From Catajapyx aquilonaris (taxonomy: Eukaryota): 64,000 nt of DNA. This document shows positions 61,751 to 64,000 of this stretch, one piece after another. Location: positions 62,001 to 126,000 of the forward strand of contig KZ538029.1 of NCBI GenBank assembly GCA_000934665.2, written 5' to 3'. Every line of letters starts with the position of its first letter. Position 1 is the stretch's first letter. The notes beneath the pieces are model-generated. The model ran no database searches, was not told the DNA's origin, and saw only the letters and a program-made list of their open reading frames with translations. The position numbers were made by a program, and so were the translations under genes.

Positions 61751-64000
61751 TCTTAAAACGACATTATTATTATTATTATTATTATGGAAAGTAAACAAAT
61801 ATTATCCATTTCCTGTTCACACTGTCTGGCACTCGAAACTTGGCCATAAATGCTGAAAATTTACGACAACATCCCCAAGTCCCACCTCCACCATTCATCT
61901 CTCTAGAAAACGCTTGGTACTCTCAAGTCCCCCACCGTAAACCTCTCTCAGAAGCGAATTTTCTCGCCAATCTAAACCTCCATAATTGGGCAACTCTCCT
62001 GTCACCTGGTGGCAACCATAATATATATTTTTTAAAAAAGAATCCCTGGCAAACTGGGAGAGGAACGACCGCAGCTCTCTTGAGTCTTCCAGTTTGCTTC
62101 CAAGATAAGACTATGCACTCTGCAGGCTCTTTTCACGCCCCCCCCCCTTTCCCCCATCCACCCCCGCCTTCTTCCTCTACCAAGGCCGGATCGATCCTTA
62201 GCCTGCAACCGGGCCCATTCTTGGAAATAGCACTAGTAGTCTCTCACTAGGTCAATACACATCTCACGTACTAACATTTCCCTGACGCTGGTGCCAGCTG
62301 GGGATAGGGTTGCGCCATTACGTTTTATACTGTTATTCTTAAGGGGAGGGGGAGGGGGGTCTTTTCTTTTAGCAGTGTCGTTAATCCTGCTAATGACCAA
62401 CCGAGGTGGGATCAATGTGCTGTGGGCATATTTCATGGTTCAGTTAGCTGCTGAAAGTGCGGTTCATTTAAGCCCAGGTTGGTGGGACAATAGAAGGTAA
62501 ATTATGTATTGTCAATTCGTGTACACTGTACCAAGGATCGTAGATGAACTACTGAGGACCAGAGAATCACTTTATGTAGAGGTGTCATTTGGTCGTCAAA
62601 GACTCGTTATCGAGATACTATAGTGAACCTGTTGGCAGTACATGACAGTTGATAATAATAATAAGAGATATCCCGCCGATTTACTAATGTAGTACTATTC
62701 TTCACCCATAGATGGCGCATACTCCCTGTGCACACTCCTGCCACTCTGAAGTCATGCGAGAGATAGCGACACTATCAGGTGGGATAAACATCCGACGGAG
62801 AGAATAAGCCTATTAGGAGAACGATGGGCCTAAAGGTATGTAATATCCTTGCAGGTATGCAACACTCCTCGCGACCTTCGCAGCTCTTGGCGTTTGCAAT
62901 TTAAGATGGTTATATCCTGCAGAATTCAAGGCCAGTCCATTAATATTTTGTGGCGGTAAAAAGAATGAGCTGAACTTGACAAGTCGAGCGGTTTGAAGTA
63001 CGTACATAGGGGGATGTGTGTTCTTTTTCCTGTTTGGGAGCACCTGCTGTTTACGTGCGTTGCATATGCATGTGAAAGTCAAACGCTGACATGGAATCCG
63101 GTCTAGCGCTAGGGACAACTACAAGGTCGGTTCTCTGTGTCGTCAAAACAGAATATTACTTTCTGGTGACTCTATATGTGCACATGTGACTTGCTATTCT
63201 ACAAATAGGTTTATGACCTAAAAGCACAATGTCAAATACGGTCCCCTCTCTCTGGTAATGTTATGGCAGCAGGTGTAGGAGTATAGTAGGGGTGGGGGGG
63301 GGGGGGGGAAANGGGGGAAAGACACTGATTGGAAGCTATTGTCCCCTCGTGGTCTGCTTTCTGAGCAGGGTTGATACATCCCTCCCACACTGAATCACAC
63401 TATGTTGCCATATTCCACACCCACTGTAACATCAACCTTCATCTGCATACAATTTACATTAAATGGATCCAGGATATGGCTCGTTTGTGGGATTCATTCA
63501 GTCAAAACACATCCTTTTAAATCCTATAGTGAAGACACAACAAATGACATGAAATTAGAAAAAGGCAGGGTGAAAAATTTAAAGCGTTTTGGGACTACCC
63601 GTGTTTTTCGAGGAGGGTTTCGGTGACTACCTTTGTTACTCTTGGCGGGAATTTATGTAGGCGCCGAGCCAGAAATAAGCTGCCGGGTTGACACACCCAC
63701 AACCCCGAATTCTTCAGCTTGGCATTTCCTGTTTGTAAACCGACTTGCTTGTTATCAAATATTATATGACAAGTATCGAGGCAAATAGGTTCTGATTGTT
63801 GTACACAGTGCTAACGGCCATAAAAGTAAAGGGTCTACACTTTAAAAAAAATCGTGACAACTCAATTTGTGGGGTGAGATTATCATAATTTGACTCAAAC
63901 GTCTCTGTCTGGATAAGGAAAATCCTAGGGAACTAACCCGATTACAAAAGAGACAGCAACCAGGCCACCCTTAATCGTGAAAAACGCGCCTCAATGCCAA

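Overview
Eukaryotic (pancrustacean-type arthropod) genomic DNA. About 50 kb of the minus strand (56471 to 6858) is a hypervariable Dscam1-type gene, complete except for the signal-peptide exon, which I could not identify. By manual reading it has 11 mutually exclusive Ig2 exons (exon 4), 29 intact plus 1 stop-containing Ig3 exons (exon 6), 28 Ig7 exons (exon 9) and 2 transmembrane exons: 11x29x28 = 8,932 potential ectodomains, 17,864 with both TM exons. Exon numbers follow the Drosophila convention and variants are numbered in transcript order. The introns show a candidate RNA base-pairing code for exon choice. (1) An exon-6 docking site (47362-47433) reads like an inverted exon-6 3' end. (2) An exon-9 docking site lies downstream of its cluster (17330-17366). 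(3) Unusually, the exon-4 docking candidate lies inside the coding sequence of the last exon-4 variant (49056-49090). The window also holds a 3-exon secreted isthmin-like AMOP gene (+ strand, convergent with Dscam), a tRNA-Arg(CCG), several MITE/foldback and Helitron-like elements, and an assembly gap. All coordinates and pairings were read by eye and need computational and RNA confirmation.
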